DNA of 64,000 bases. Source: Nitrospirota bacterium (GTDB lineage Bacteria > Nitrospirota > Thermodesulfovibrionia > Thermodesulfovibrionales > Dissulfurispiraceae). The notes below the pieces were generated by a model. That model was not told the origin of the DNA and did no database searches. It worked only from the letters and a program-made list of their open reading frames with translations. The position numbers were made by a program, and so were the translations under genes. Location: positions 128,001 through 192,000 of the forward strand of contig JBFMCP010000002.1 in the NCBI GenBank assembly GCA_040754455.1, read 5' to 3'. Positions 63,845 to 64,000 of the stretch are shown here, in pieces (the stretch's first letter is position 1; each line of letters starts with the position of its first letter).

Positions 63845-63860
63845 TGGCATAGTGATTGCA
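63845..63860 (+). promoter_or_regulatory. Sigma54 -24/-12 promoter for a gene beyond the window
   Basis: TGGCATAGTGATTGCA (GG-N10-GC) downstream of the enhancer-like repeats. Confidence 0.8.
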
Positions 63861-64000
63861 AACTATCCCTCGTAAAAGCTGCATCGCTGCACCGACAGAG
63901 ATGTTACTACATCGTGAATATCCAAAAGCAGTCGAGTGGTATCAGTTACCTGTGCCTGATGTGACTGAAAAGGCGGAGCTATGTGAAAGGGTGAACAATG

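Overview
About 50 genes from an anaerobic sulfur-cycling bacterium. The AprA type and gene order suggest Nitrospirota/Thermodesulfovibrionia; this is an inference. Order: recN (partial), M16 peptidase, pnp, rpsO, rdgB; a dissimilatory sulfur block adk-sat-aprBA-qmoABC-CBS-hppA; rpmE-DUF1385-prfA-prmC-dedA-murJ-MBL hydrolase; a 16-kb accessory locus; cdaA-cdaR-glmM, comEC, hisH, selB, htrA, PIN/TRAM-ispD-ispF; a porin, a four-helix-bundle gene, a TPR protein, tRNA-Val(CAC), a DinG helicase, gap-ldh-pgi; and a secreted FN3 protein with a duplicated domain. The 16-kb locus encodes a tandem PhnD-like lipoprotein, a histidine kinase with a Cys-rich HAMP insert, a sigma54 activator with visible UAS and -24/-12 promoter, a split TSUP transporter, a signal-less Psr/Phs-type molybdoenzyme with Fe-S subunits, an SfrB-like NADPH flavoprotein and a PEP-synthase-like protein. 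Three main leads: (1) that locus looks like a soluble NADP(H)-coupled thiosulfate/sulfur-oxyanion sensing, uptake and conversion system; (2) sat is of the sulfur-oxidizer type and has foreign codon usage inside a reductive-type apr/qmo operon; (3) more than a dozen degenerate, mostly inverted heptamer arrays sit at gene junctions and inside genes, one pair enclosing the four-helix-bundle gene. All calls come from reading motifs by eye; no database searches were run.
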